Positions 28,963 through 46,400 of a stretch of DNA of 64,000 nucleotides are shown here, piece by piece (within the stretch, counting starts at the first letter, position 1; each line of letters opens with the position of its first letter). This stretch comes from Adineta vaga (Eukaryota > Animalia > Rotifera), in NCBI GenBank assembly GCA_021613535.1, contig CP075497.1:9362001-9426000 (forward strand). Reading direction: 5' to 3'. The translations under genes and the position numbers were made by a program. The notes below the pieces were generated by a model, which did not search any database, was not told where the DNA came from, and worked only from the letters and a program-made list of their open reading frames with translations.

Positions 28963-30858
28963 TTAAAGAAATTCTAGTTGATATTCAACGCCATTGATAT
29001 TAGGAATGGTTGTACCATTTTTTAGAAAGAATTGGCGTTTTAAATAAGCATAGATTAAATCAGAAAGTAGAAATGTCTAGAAATAGACGAAAGGAAAGAA
29101 GATATGTTTAATCTTTTGAAATGCTTTTCACAACATACCTGTGAAACATTAAATACCAATGTCATGGCAAAATAGAAGTTTGCATTTGCACTACCTGTAT
29201 AAATCCACAAATACCATGTAATTGGTGCCATTAGTATTGCCACGAGCATCATACAAATGATAACAAGGCCATTACGTAAATCTAGAGGAAAACTATTAAT
29301 CCAGTGATTTGTTTTTCGTATCTTACTTACAACGAAAAACAAAACTCCATATCGGTAGATAATTAATATAAAATGCGATATCACCATAGGCAGGATATGA
29401 TTTAAATATACAAAATACAGCACATAATAACCAAAACAAAAATGCTGGATCATTTCTAAATGAAATTCGATACTATTCTTTGCTGTTGTTGATAGTAAAG
29501 ATGGAATACCTCAGCCGTAAAGTAAAAGGAAATAAATATAATATTAAAACATGCATTTGGAATGTCCAAACAAATAATGAACGAAAATGATCAAACATTT
29601 CCGTAAAAAAGTACCAAAATATACCAATATTTGGTGTATAATCTGGTACATAAAAGCTAAATAGATCAATGCATCTACCAGAATATAATATAGTCTCTAT
29701 TACTTACATAAAATTATAGATTGCATCAAGGAATGACCATGATTGATGATTAATAGAAAAATTTACAAATAAGATACCAAGACTCATACAAACAAATAAA
29801 ATAAATACAAAAATCGTTCGAACGATCGATCGTTGTTTCTACAATATAGTAAATAACAAGACTTGTATAAAGACGTTGAGAAATCAATATTTACATTAGT
29901 ATTCAATGAAAATTGAAGTAAACCTGGTACAATTAAAACAATTGGATACATTGAAATTGAACTAACCAAACATAATGTTAAAATAAACGGGATCAATTGA
30001 TCTAAATTTCTCGAAATAATCATATAAAATCATTTTTTAAATCAAAAACATCATCATACATGTCATAAAGAAATAATAAGTCATTGTTAATAATAAATTA
30101 TGAAAGACTAAACTTGATTTTGCTACACATGTACCAATAGATAATGGATTTACCATTGCACTAATTGATAATCGACAATGAAAACTTACAAAAAGAATTT
30201 TTCTTTTCTTACCAAAGTAGAACTGTATACGAACTTTTCCGTAGAATTTCTCGTGAAAGCAATAAGATTTTACTATCTTTTTTATATGTTGATTGTTCTT
30301 TTGTCTGTTGAACATACTATTTCAAAGCAATTCTAATATATATTTCATCAAATATTTGACTTACATATCCATTTAGAATATGACACGCTACTTTATATGT
30401 GATAAAAGCACTAAGAAGATCAGCTAGCTAAGAAATAAAAAAATAAATAAAAGTTGATGAATATAGATATTCATAGCTTACAATGAATAAACTTTCTACG
30501 TATTTGTTAGCGAAGATATGTAATTTTGAATAGAAGAAAAGTGAAAGTGGCGTCTGAAGAAATAGAAAGAATAATGATAATTCTTATGATTTTAACATAC
30601 TTCATGTACAATTGATCCAAAATATGGTGAAACATTAAGTTTACGTAAATAGATTCCTTCGACGACTAAAATAATATCAAATTCAACTATGAAATATATC
30701 AAAAAAGAAATCTTCTCACCTCGTTTCCAAGAATTTAATGGTGTAACAAATTCTCCACTTTGTTCAAAATAATTTCGTATTTTCGATTGAACAAATACAA
30801 GAAATATTCGTAGACCAAAACCTATCCCAACACAGATTGATTCAATTCGATCCAACAT
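28963..30858 (-). CDS. PIGU: GPI transamidase subunit PIG-U
   Basis: EFVTPLNSWKRVVEG..SPY.GS.VHETPL, VPDYTPNIGIFWYFFTEMFDHFRS, APITWYLWIYTGSANANFYFA. Confidence 0.93.
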
Positions 30859-31086
30859 CTTCAAAAAAGAAAATAATCTCGTATCATTGTTTTTCGTTCT
30901 TTCTTTTATCTAAATCTATATCTATATATTATCCAAAATAAATTCAAACAATCAAAAACAAAATAAATCCATAACAATCTCACAAAACATTTTGACTAGA
31001 ATAAATCCGATATGATATGATTATCTATAAACGAAATAGACGAATGAAATAGAGAAAATAAATCGATTCTGTAATTATTATTCACA

Positions 31087-33870
31087 TTAAAGAACAGGAT
31101 CAGGAGAATGATCGTAACTTGATGGCGATGATATGACTGTTAAGGTTGTATTTAATTCATCAGCAATTGCATTTGAATATGTTCCTGAAGGTAATGGTGT
31201 TTTAATAATAACAGTTTCATGATCACTTCCTTCATTTGTAATTAATATTTTCTTATTTTTCATTTCTTCATTGATTAAATGATGTCGTTTAGCATTACGT
31301 CGATTCCGAATACCATTCTCTTTATCCATCATATCTTCTAGGGTTCCATGATCGAAGACGACTGATATCGGTGCAATTGATATATCACGTACAGCACGAA
31401 ATTCTCCGCAATTATTTAAATGTTCATTTTCTAAACGAAAATAATTCCAAATAAAACGTCGAAAAATTTCAATTAAACCAAAAATAAATCCAATAACATC
31501 AGCATATTCAGCTGAACGCGTACGAAAATGCATAAAAACATTAATAATCCAAATATATCGAAAAAAAATATTTTCAACTATTGCCATATAATAATAAAAT
31601 TTCGATGGATAAACAATTTGATCACGAAGAAATTTATTTTCTCCAGCATTTAAATCGAAAAATCCCCAATCCATTTTCAAATCCCAGATTAATTTATATG
31701 TTGAACCAATAAATGATGTACCAATCCAAACGTATAGAAATGGATTATAAGTTGGATCATCAAGAAAATGTATTGCCGTTGTTCGACGTAATGAATTCGT
31801 ACAAATAACAAGAAATCCACTTGCATATTTTCCTGCATTGATTAAATGTGGAAATTTTTGTTTCGTATCATGATATCGTCTTAAACATTGAGCAAAACGA
31901 AACCATGATGGTAAAATCATTAAAATTGTTTGTAAAGCAACTTGTGGCCAACTTTGACAAAGTAAACCACGAGTAGATGAATGAGAATAAGTTGACCACC
32001 ATCCAACATCATATATGTAAAAACAAAAGAAATATTCCATATCGAAAAAGATCAATTCTAATGAAGTTAATTGATCACCCAACCAAAAATCTGCAAAACT
32101 CACATGATAAAATGGAGCACAAAGGACTCGACCTAAAGTTTTTAAGAACCAAAAACGTGCTTGATGATAAAGAGTATGTGTTGGATTGAATAAGAAAATC
32201 AGAATTAAGATAACAAAACCTACTGGATGAATAAATGGATAAAAGTCATAATAGGATGAGAGAATAAATCCAGTAAAACTTAAAAACCATAGAACAAATA
32301 AGAATGTTCCCATTTCAAGAAATTCTTGATAAGTTAGATGATTTCGTGGATCAATTTCAAATATAAGAATATGATTAACACCTGATGATGACCAACCATA
32401 GACATTAATACCAAGTAGAACAATATGAAGTACAATAAGAAATGTTGAACGATATAAAAATAATGCTTGTCGCCAAGCTAATGGTTTTGTCGATTGACTA
32501 TCATGAAGATTTGCACCGAGAGCAATCACAGTTGGTAATAATAAACAAAGCATTCCTTGAGATATGAATATATATTCAATATTATTTTTGTTTTTCAAAG
32601 AAAAAAAAATCGTACCAACAAAAACTCCAACACGAAATGTAACTGCAGGTGATTGTTTTTCTTCTAATGGCGGGACACGTAATCGTTTCATTGCACGAGC
32701 ATGATTACCATTTTCTAATGTATCTGTATATAATGTTTCAACATCATTGATTAATTGATCAACAAGTTTTGATGTATGAAATGGTGCTGATTCAATATGT
32801 AACTTTCTAAAAGATTGAAGCGTAATTGCAAGTATGAAAAACAAATGAACTTCTTACCTCCATTCTTCTCCACGTGTAGTTTGAAATAATTTATCATGTT
32901 TTTTTAATATTTTACGAAAACCTGTCGAATTTAATGTTTGATAATTTTGTAATAAAACAAGCATTAAATAAAATTCACTGAATGCTAATTTTAAATCATT
33001 TCTTTTTCGATGTTGTACACCTTGATTTTGTTTTTCATGTGTTCGTTCAAGTGAACGTTTAGGCAAGACACTTGTTAATGGTACTGTAATATCATGTTCT
33101 TCAGTGTGAATAGAACGACGTTTGACTGTTGTCGATGTTCTAACACCATCGGTGGAAGTAGTAGCAGGAGCATTAGTCGCATCCCCAGGCTTTTGATTAG
33201 TATCAGACGGAAGAATCGAACGATGTGATGCATGTCGATGGATTTGTTCTTCAAGAACAGCTTCGTTTTTTAATGTCTCCCATCGTCGTAATGCTCTGAA
33301 AAAGAATAATATTATATATTTTCTAGGATCTTTATTATTTACTGAAGGTTAACCATCCGTATGTGTTCAATGATGTAATAATCATCAGAAAAATCAATAA
33401 ACAAGAATATATACTTCTATAGATATATATTGATGACTGGGAATGAGATATTCATATACAAATAAGGTTTATGCATCATGTAATATAACCCAAAAAGGAA
33501 GTATTTCTTCTTCTCTGACATTTTTCAAATACTTCGGAAATAAGTCTTATCATTTCGTGCATGAAAATCAAACTTACTCAGCAAGTTTTTCTGCAAAGAA
33601 CGTATTGATTTTCGTTGCTTCTTTTTCACAATACTATTGAATAGAAATAAATTTCAAATAAGAAAAAATTGAATTGAAATATCTTACTTGAAAGAAATGT
33701 TCATCGATACGTAGAAAAAATTGTTCACGTAAAATATTATCACTATCATCAACAAATGGCTGTGCTTTGGAAACAGCTTGTGCAAGTAATTCTTTCATTT
33801 CATCATAACGAATATACTGAGAAGTCCATTCAGGTGTAACATGAGCTGATAAATGTTCGGCAAATTTCAT
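31087..33870 (-). CDS. XPR1: SPX-EXS phosphate exporter XPR1/SYG1
   Basis: [97 protein letters not shown]. Confidence 0.96.
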
Positions 33871-35356
33871 AATTTTAAAAGATTAACATATAAAAACTAG
33901 GAAAATAAAATTATGATGTAGAATCTTCTTTGTATATTCAAGATATATATATATATGTGTGTGTATGGCGTATATGATCAAACAATCGATAGAAATAAGA
34001 AATGGAATATGAGAAGAAGAAGAGAAATGTCGATAATGACGAAGAAAAAGACATTTGCTTGCACGTGCATTTGATAACCTTAATGTTTACCATTCTTTCC
34101 AAATGTTCTCTCTCGTTCATGATATGTTTTTTTTCTTCTTTCGTTATTTTTTTCATCAATAAATGTATGATACGGCTATCGGACATGTTATGCTCAATAT
34201 ACTGGTGACCATGATAATTACTAATGGAGAGATGCATTCAAGCAGAAAGATTTAATCGACAAAAGAGAGAAAAAAAAGATAAATCATTGTAATATACGTA
34301 CTTCTCGAATGATAAAGAATCGATTTTGCTTTTCGAAAACGAATCTTTATCTAAAAAATAAACAATTTTATCAATGTGTTTCATCAAAAAGGAATAGTCC
34401 AAAGCATTGACAATATATTTTCTAATAATCATCTATGTTCGTTTCGAATTCACTCAATTCTATCTCGTCATTCTTTACATTTCACTTATTTAAAAAACAT
34501 CATATAACAGAACAATTATGGAAATGATAATCGTCTCAATAGGATAATCATTCATTTTAATTATATTTTCATTAGAGTAACTCATACTTTTTGATAAATC
34601 ACATTAACTTGTCAAAATCGGATGTAGACAGAAACCGAAGAAATGTCTCGCCATTAGGTAGAAACAAAACTTACATCAACATCTGCACATTTCCTTAATA
34701 AATTTCTATTTTAACAATTAATTATAACTTCATCATCAATACATTCAATAGAAAGTGATCATCATTATAAAAGGTATATTTTCATAATACAAACGTTTTC
34801 TATGTACTGAAATGAAATTTATTTTTTCTTCATATGTGATTCTCATATTTCTCAAAGATAATTTTCTACCATTAAATAGAATTTCAAAAGAAATTTTATT
34901 ATTTGTTCATTTTATTTCATTCCATTTAAATTAAATAATATAATATCATCCAGATGATATTCGATTGGTTAATAATCATCCATTAGAAAATGTCATTGCA
35001 TCCTTCTTCTTCTTCGTACATAAATGTTTATTGATTGTTTTTTCCTTCCATTTTATGTTTTTAGTCATTCGTCTATACGTTGTTGAGACGGCATTAGACA
35101 AACACAAAAGACAACAAAGTCAAATCTTATTTCTTGATATCAACTAGTTCATTTAATATATTCTTTCTCATCAATAAAATTATTTATTCATAAAAGGTTC
35201 GTACGAGATTGAAACACGAGTTTCATAAATCTTACACAACTATTTGGAAAATACCAAAAAAAATCATGACTCATTCATTTTTATATCGAAAACTTTCTTT
35301 ATTGCACATACAAATACAAAAATGTTCTCTGTTATTTCTATTCATATAGATCACGA

Positions 35357-39169
<3,813 letters not shown>

Positions 39170-39989
39170 GACAAAACTCTTCATTTATTCTTGCTACGAA
39201 AAAACACGTCGAAAAATTACATTTTGATCTAAAAATTTTTTTCATGAAAAATTGAATAAACAAAGAAATTTTCTTAATACTAGTGACTTCTTTTCCATAA
39301 ACGATCAAATCGAAAAATGAAAACAAAAACAAACATTTCCTCTCGTCTTTTTTTTAGATAGAAATCAAATTTTTCGACGTGTATTTTCTTTTCAATGATA
39401 CTATTTCTTTACTTTTTTCTCCCTGACTTTTCTTACCATTCAATCATACATTACAGATGATACTTTATTTTCTCCTTTAAACACTCTTCTTCGCTACCGT
39501 CCATATACATATGTTCGTTTACAATAACATATTTCTAACCTCTTATAATCAGCTCAAATGTAAATGTTGTATGCGTTCGTGTGTCATCTGGAAATGTGCT
39601 ATTTTTTCTTTCGTTTATTTTCTTCAGTGGTTTGTACCATTTTACTTTTGTTTTTATTTTTGTTCGAATTTAACTTATGTGAAATCTAGAGTGTGTGGGT
39701 TTGGGTTTATTATTTATACAACATGCATATATTTTAATTCTTATAAAAACCTAGAAATTACAGTAAAAATTACTTCTTTCTCTCTTGTTTCGTTCCGTTA
39801 ATTGTTATGAGAGACACATAACTCAAATTTACTCAACACAGAATGATATTCGAATCTATAAATAATCAAGAATAAAAAGTACTGAGTATCTCCATGCAAG
39901 ATCTACTATTTATTGAAGAAACATAAGCATTTCTGATGCTCCAAGATATCATCTAAGGATTGACATTCGGAGAGATTAGGGATGCAACA

Positions 39990-42230
39990 ATTACGGTTAT
40001 GTTAGCTTTAACAGCTCAACGTATGGCAAAGAAAAACTGTTTAGTTAAAAATTTAACAGTTGTAGAAGCACTTGGCAGTGTTTCAACTATATGTTCAGAT
40101 AAAACGGGAACATTAACACAAAATCGTATGACTGTTGCACATCTTTGGCTTGAGGGAGCCATTGCTAGTGTAAATTTATCGAATTCACATGACGCAGAAT
40201 TAGCCTTTGAAAATCCATTAGTAGATCCAAAAATGGGAGAAGAAAAAAAAACACTTAAAACTGATCGACCTGGATATCAAGCACTTCTAAGATGTTCTAT
40301 GTTATGTGCAAAAGCTGTGTTTAAAGTAAATTTTCATATTGAAAATAATTGTTCATTTCGATAAATATTTATTATTATTTTAGCCCGATGAAGAAAATAT
40401 GAGTAAACCACCATTACAACGTAAAGTTCAAGGTGATGCTAGTGAAAGAGATGATGGTGATGAAAGACATTTAATTGTGGTATGATATTACTTACAAGGA
40501 CTTTTTATTGAAATTATTATTACATGTTTTCTTTTGTTATTCTAAGATGAAAGGTGCACCTGAACGAATACGATGTCAAAAGATATTTATTAATAATAAT
40601 GAATATGATTTGGATAATGAATGGAAACAGAAATTTAACGAGGCTTATATGGAATTAGGTGGTTTAGGTGAACGTGTTCTTGGCTTCTGTGATATGAGAT
40701 TACCATTGGGCAATTTTCCACGTGGTTTCAGTTTCGATCCAGATAATGTTAATTTTCCATTGAGAGGCTTACGTTTTCTTGGCTTTATTACAATGATTGA
40801 TCCACCACGACCTGGTGTTGCTGATGTAGTTGCTAAATGACGTACAGCTGGTAATAGATATGAAAAGAAGTTGAAAAGACATTCTATCTCTTCACTAAAA
40901 TATAGGTATTAAAGTTATTATGGTTACTGGTGATCATCCAATTACTGCTAAAGCAATTGCTCGAGGTACGTATGACGTACGATAATAAATTGTTATTATC
41001 ACTGATTTCTGATTGTCTAGCTGTTGGTATAATCACATCCGATACCAGTATGATTTTTTATTAGAATTATCTTCGATGCGTTTCTTTTTTGGAAAATTCT
41101 TTTCGTTTAATAGCATATATCTGGTACTGAATTAGCTGAATTATCAGCTCAAGAATTAGATGAAGTATTAACACTTCATCCAGAAATTGTCTTTGCTCGA
41201 ACATCTCCTCAACAAAAACTCACTATTGTCGGTATAACAGGCGATGGTGTAAATGATTCACCTGCTTTGAAAAAGCTGATATTGGTATCTCTATGGGTAA
41301 GTGGGTAATTATCTATCAAATATTTCTTATGTATTACATTTTCAAAATAGGTATTACTGGTTCTGATGTCAGCAAACAAGTCGCTGATACGATCTTACTC
41401 GATGATAATTTCGCTACTATTGTTACTGGTATTGAAGAAGGTCGACTTATATTTGATAATTTAAAAAAAGTTATTGCTTATACATTCACAAAAAACTTAG
41501 TCAAATTACTACTATTTCTTGTCTATGTTGTTGCGGATGTACCACTTGCTCTAAGTACAATTACTATTCTTTGTATTGATTTAGGTACTGATATTGTACC
41601 AAGTATTGCTTTTGCATATGAAGGAGTTGAAGCTGATATCTTAGTAAATATAAATTTGAGTGAAATTTCTTGTTTTTATTGTTACTTGATTGATAGAAAC
41701 GACCACCACGAAAGAAAACAGATAAGATGGTCACGAGTCAAATGGTTACATTATGTTATGAACAAATTGCAATGATCGAAGCTAGTGGTGCTTTTTTTGC
41801 TTATCTTGTTGTAATGGCTGAAAACGGCTTTTGGCCATCGAGACTTCTTGGTCTACGTAAAGCATGGGAATCATCCTCTATTAATGATCTTCGAGATAGT
41901 TATGGACAAGAATGGACATATAAACAAAGGTTAAATTTGAAATTTATTCTTTCTCATTTTGTGAAACTGAAGTTTATTTTGTCTTGTTTAGGCATAGTCT
42001 TGATTTAGCTGCTCAAACAGCTTATTTCGTTGGTGTTGTTATTTTACAATTTGCTAATTTATATGGTAACAAAACAACACGTCGATCTGTTTTTCAACAA
42101 GGATTATTTAGTAACCGATTTCTTTGGTGGTTACCAGCAATACCATTTTCTGCTATTTATTTGCATTTAATGAAGAAAGGAAATTTTTCATTCGAAAATA
42201 TCCTCATCGATATCCAGCTCGTCAACTTAC
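39990..42230 (+). pseudogene. Na+/K+-ATPase alpha (P2C ATPase) fragment, copy A
   Basis: [86 protein letters not shown]. The N-terminal part is missing, there is an in-frame TGA at 40838-40840, and there are several internal deletions and frameshifts. Confidence 0.92.
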
Positions 42231-42455
42231 TTATTAAATTTATGTGTCATGTAATCATTGTGTCGAACATATTCTTTGTTTCTTTTAATGAATTTTTTCT
42301 CATCTCCTGAAATAAAATCATTTATATTCGTTTGTTTCTCGTCGATGATCATGATCAAATAGCAGCGAGATGTCGACCGTTTTGTTACTTTATAAAACTA
42401 ATTCATGTTTATTTATTTTTACAAAGAGAAAAAAATAAGAGAACAGAAAAATTAT

Positions 42456-42628
42456 CATTTTTTGATCTTTTGAAAAAGAGCAAAGCCAGCAGCACCAATT
42501 ACCACACCGACACCGACAGGAAGGGCCGCTTCGATGATAAAATTCGATTGTGGTGTAGGAGATATTCCACGTGATGAGTTTCCTGGTGTTGGTATAGGTG
42601 TTGCTGTTTCATCGATAGCTAACCAATC
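42456..42628 (-). pseudogene. Orphan terminal exon of a tail-anchored membrane protein (second copy at ~46626-46804)
   Basis: TTTTAG|DWLAIDETATPIPTPGNSSRGISPTPQSNFIIEAALPVGVGVVIGAAGFALFQKIKK-TGA: an acceptor, a C-terminal hydrophobic helix and a basic tail. Parent gene not identified. Confidence 0.55.
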
Positions 42629-42687
42629 CTAAAATACAGAAACAAATTATAAAAGCACATTCAAATATTATTTCATCAGTAATTTGT

Positions 42688-42875
42688 AAGGCGTATACAG
42701 ATCGCTGATATCTAATTGAAAATGTTACCTTCACACTTCGAACATTTTCTTGTGGTTTAATACGACACATGCTATCTAATTAAATGATCATTTTGTAGAA
42801 CACAAGGGCAACAGTATATATATATATAGAAAAGAGAGAGGGCGACCGTATACGCCTTTAGTAGCGGACGGTTAA
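42688..42875. mobile_element. Short inverted-repeat element, possibly a piggyBac-type MITE with a truncated left end
   Basis: AAGGCGTATACAGATCGC (42688-42705) is an imperfect inverted repeat of GCGACCGTATACGCCTT (42842-42858). The right end terminates in GGACGG-TTAA. Confidence 0.4.
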
Positions 42876-43339
42876 CCGATCTTTTTCTCTGTTCGTTTTC
42901 GTCTGAAAGTTATGTCGGTCAACACATGAAAAGGAGCAAAATTCTGTCGATATCTTAATCAAATGTAATGAAGAACATGTCATTTTCATATTTCAAGCGT
43001 ATGTCAGATGAATAAATCAATCGACATTATGTCGACTGTTAAATATCTTGAGGGTGTGGTTGTGGGTTTATTATTTATACAACATGCATATATTTTAATT
43101 CTTATAAAAACCTAGAAATTACAGTAAAAATTACTTCTTTCTCTCTTGTTTCGTTTTGTTAATTGTTATGAGAGACAGATAACTCAAATTTACTCAACAC
43201 AGAATGATATTCGAATCTATAAATAATCAAGAATAAAAAGTACTGAGTATCTCCATGCAAGATCTACTATTTATTGAAGAAACATAAGCATTTCTGATGC
43301 TCCAAGATATCATCGAAGGATTGACATTCGGAGAGATTA

Positions 43340-46300
43340 GGGATGCAACAATACCAATACACCAATACTGTATTGGCATTGTGACTGCCGTTGCAGTTAC
43401 TTTTGGAATTATTTTTCTAAGAATTCTACTTGCTATTGGTACAGGTGTTTTACGTGCAATTGTTTTTGTCATTGGTATTATCGTTTTAAATGTTCCTGAA
43501 GGTCTTCTTGCATCAATTACGGTTGTTAGCTTTAACAGCTCAACGTATGGCAAAGAAAAATGTTTAGTTAAAAATGTAACGGCTGTAGAAGCACTTGGCA
43601 GTGTTTCAACCATAGGCGGCGGAGCGTGTAGGCTGAAAAGGCTTGAGCCTCGCCTGAAATTGAATCCTATAGGCTCAGCTTCACCTGAATTATAGTTTTA
43701 AAACTCAATATATTTTTAAATATTTATCTCAGAAAAAGTATGTTGATATAGCAATTGATACGATGTTTAGTTTTTTATCTAATAAGTTAAAGAAGAATAA
43801 AAAGCGGAGATCGTAAAGAAGTATAGTATCAATATTATCATGATTTTCAGTGACATCTTTTATTTTATTTAGTGAATGTGGTGTATGTGATGGACCAATC
43901 ATCTTATCATGCGTTCAGATGGAATGAAATGTGGATATGTTTTTGTTATGAGTGTCACGTTCATGTTAAGATTATTCGAACGGTTCGAAACAAGCGTTGT
44001 CTGAACTTTATGCAGTAATATCTAAAAGTAATATATGTATCAATATATAACGTTTTTATCTTTACTATTACAAATATTTCAATGAGCCTCACCTCATTTT
44101 GAAACGTTCCGCCACCCCTGGTTTCAACTATATGTTCAGATAAAACGGGTACATTAACACAAAATCGTATGACTGTTGCACATCTTTGGCTTGAGGGAGC
44201 CATTGCTAGTGTAAATTTATCGAATTCACATGACGCAGAACTAGCCTTTGAAAATCCATTAGTAGATCCAAAAATGGGAGAAGAAAAAAAAACACTTAAA
44301 ACTGATCGACCCGGATATCAAGCACCTCTAAGATGTTCTATGTTATGTGCAAAAGCTGTTTTTAAAGTAAATTTTCATATTGAAAATAATTGTTCATTTC
44401 GATAAATATTTATTATTATTTTAGCCCGATGAAGAAAATATGAGTCAAACACCATTACAACGTAAAGTTCAGGACGATGCTAATGAAAGAGATGATGGTG
44501 ATGAAAGACATTTAATTGTGGTATGATATTACTTACAAGGACTTTTTATTGAAATTATTATTACATGTTTTCTTTTGTTATTCTAAGATGAAAGGTGCAC
44601 CTGAACGAATACTTGAACGATGTCAAAAGATATTTATTAATAATAATGAATATGATTTGGATAATGAATGGAAACAGAAATTTAACGATGCCTATATGGA
44701 ATTAGGTGGTTTAGGTGAACGTGTTCTTGGCTTCTATGATATGAGATTACCATTGGGCAATTTTCCACGTGGTTTCAGTTTCGATCCAGATAATGTTAAT
44801 TTTCCATTGAGAGGCTTACGTTTTCTTGGCTTTATTACATTGATTGATCCACCACGACCTGGTGTTGCTGATGTAGTTGCTAAATGACGTACAGCTGGTA
44901 ATAGATATGAAAAGAAGTTGAAAAAAAGACATTCTATCTCTTCACTAAAATATAGGTATTAAAGTTATTATGGTTACTGGTGATCATCCAATTACTGCTA
45001 AAGCAATTGCTCGTGGTAAGTAATACGCAATGACAAATTTTAATATTACTATTTTCTGATTGCCTAGGTGTTGGCATAATTACATCGGATACCGGTATGT
45101 TCAGTATTCGAATTTTCTTTGAAAAATTTCTTTTGTTTAATAGCACAAGACTTAGCCAAACGTTTGAATATATCTTGTGAAGATGTTGATCCAAAAGATG
45201 TACGAGCTATTGTTGTATCTGGTTCTGAATTAGCTGAACTATCAGCTCAAGAGTTAGATGAAGTATTAACACTTCATCCAGAAATTGTCTTTGCTCGAAC
45301 ATCCCCTCAACAAAAACTAATTATTGTTGAAGGTTTGCAATCAATGATAAAACTTTGTTTTTTCTCTTTAAAACATCCTTTTCATAGGTTGTCAAAGACA
45401 AGGATGGATTGTCGGTGTAACAGGTGATGGTGTCAATGATTCACCTGCTTTGAAAAAAGCGGATATTGGTATCTCTATGGGTTAGTTATTGATTACTTAT
45501 CGAAAAGTGTTGTAATTTTTGTTTCGAATTAGGTATTACGGGTTCTGATGTAAGCAAACAAGTAGCTGATATGATTCTACTTGATGATAATTTTGCTACT
45601 ATTGTTACTGGTATTGAAGAAGGTCGACTTATATTTGATAATTTAAAAAAAGTTATTGCTTATACATTCACAAAAAACTTAGTCGAATTATTACCATTTC
45701 TTGTTTATGTTGTCGCTGATGTACCACTTGCTCTAAGTACAATTACTATTCTTTGTATTGATTTAGGTACTGATATTGTACCAAGTATTGCTTATGCATA
45801 TGAAGGAGTTGAAGCTGATATCTTAGTAAATATAAATTTGAGTGAAATTTCTTGCTTTTATTGTTACTTGATTGATAGAAACGACCACCACGAAAGAAAA
45901 CAGATAAGATGGTCACGAGTCAAATGGTTACCTTATGCTATGAACAAATTGCAATGATCGAAGCTAGTGGTGCTTTTTTTGCTTATCTTGTTGTAATGGC
46001 TGAAAATGGTTTTTGGCCATCGAGACTTCTTGGTCTACGTAAAGCATGGGAATCATCCTCTATTAATGATCTTCGAGATAGTTATGGACAAGAATGGACA
46101 TATGAACAAAGGTTAAATTCAACATTTTTCTTTACTTTCTAAAATTTTGTCTTTGTTCAGACATAATCTTGATTTAGCTGCTCAAACAGCTTATTTCGTT
46201 GGTGTTGTTATTTTACAATTTGCTAATTTATATGGTAACAAAACAACACGTCGATCTGTTTTTCAACAAGGATTATTTAGTAACCGATTTCTTTGGTGGT

Positions 46301-46400
46301 TACCAGCAATACAATTTTCTTCTATTTATTTGCATTTAATGAAGAAAGGAAATTTTTCATTCGAAAATATCCTCATCGATATCCAGCTTGTCAGCTTACT
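43340..46400 (+). pseudogene. Na+/K+-ATPase alpha fragment, copy B
   Basis: [56 protein letters not shown]. Shares the TGA (44885-44887) and deletions with copy A, and is interrupted by a MITE. Confidence 0.92.
43611..44120. mobile_element. Non-autonomous hAT-type DNA transposon (MITE), 510 bp
   Basis: 8-bp TSD GTTTCAAC at 43603-43610 and 44121-44128. Imperfect TIRs: CATAGGCGGCGGAGCGT on the left, reverse complement CAGGGGTGGCGGAACGT on the right. The empty site is preserved in copy A (~40080-40087). Confidence 0.9.

Larger units (their letters stand above)
39691..42650. repeat. Segmental duplication, copy A (~290 bp repeat + ATPase fragment + terminal exon of a convergent gene)
   Basis: Near-identical to 43049-46825 from GGGTTTATTATTTATACAACATGC to TACAGAAACAAATTAT. 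Confidence 0.93.

Noticed and set aside
42729-42775. Additional upstream exon (DSMCRIKPQENVRSVK) of the tail-anchored gene fragment
   Set aside because: It lies inside the putative inverted-repeat element and is absent from copy B; probably coincidental.
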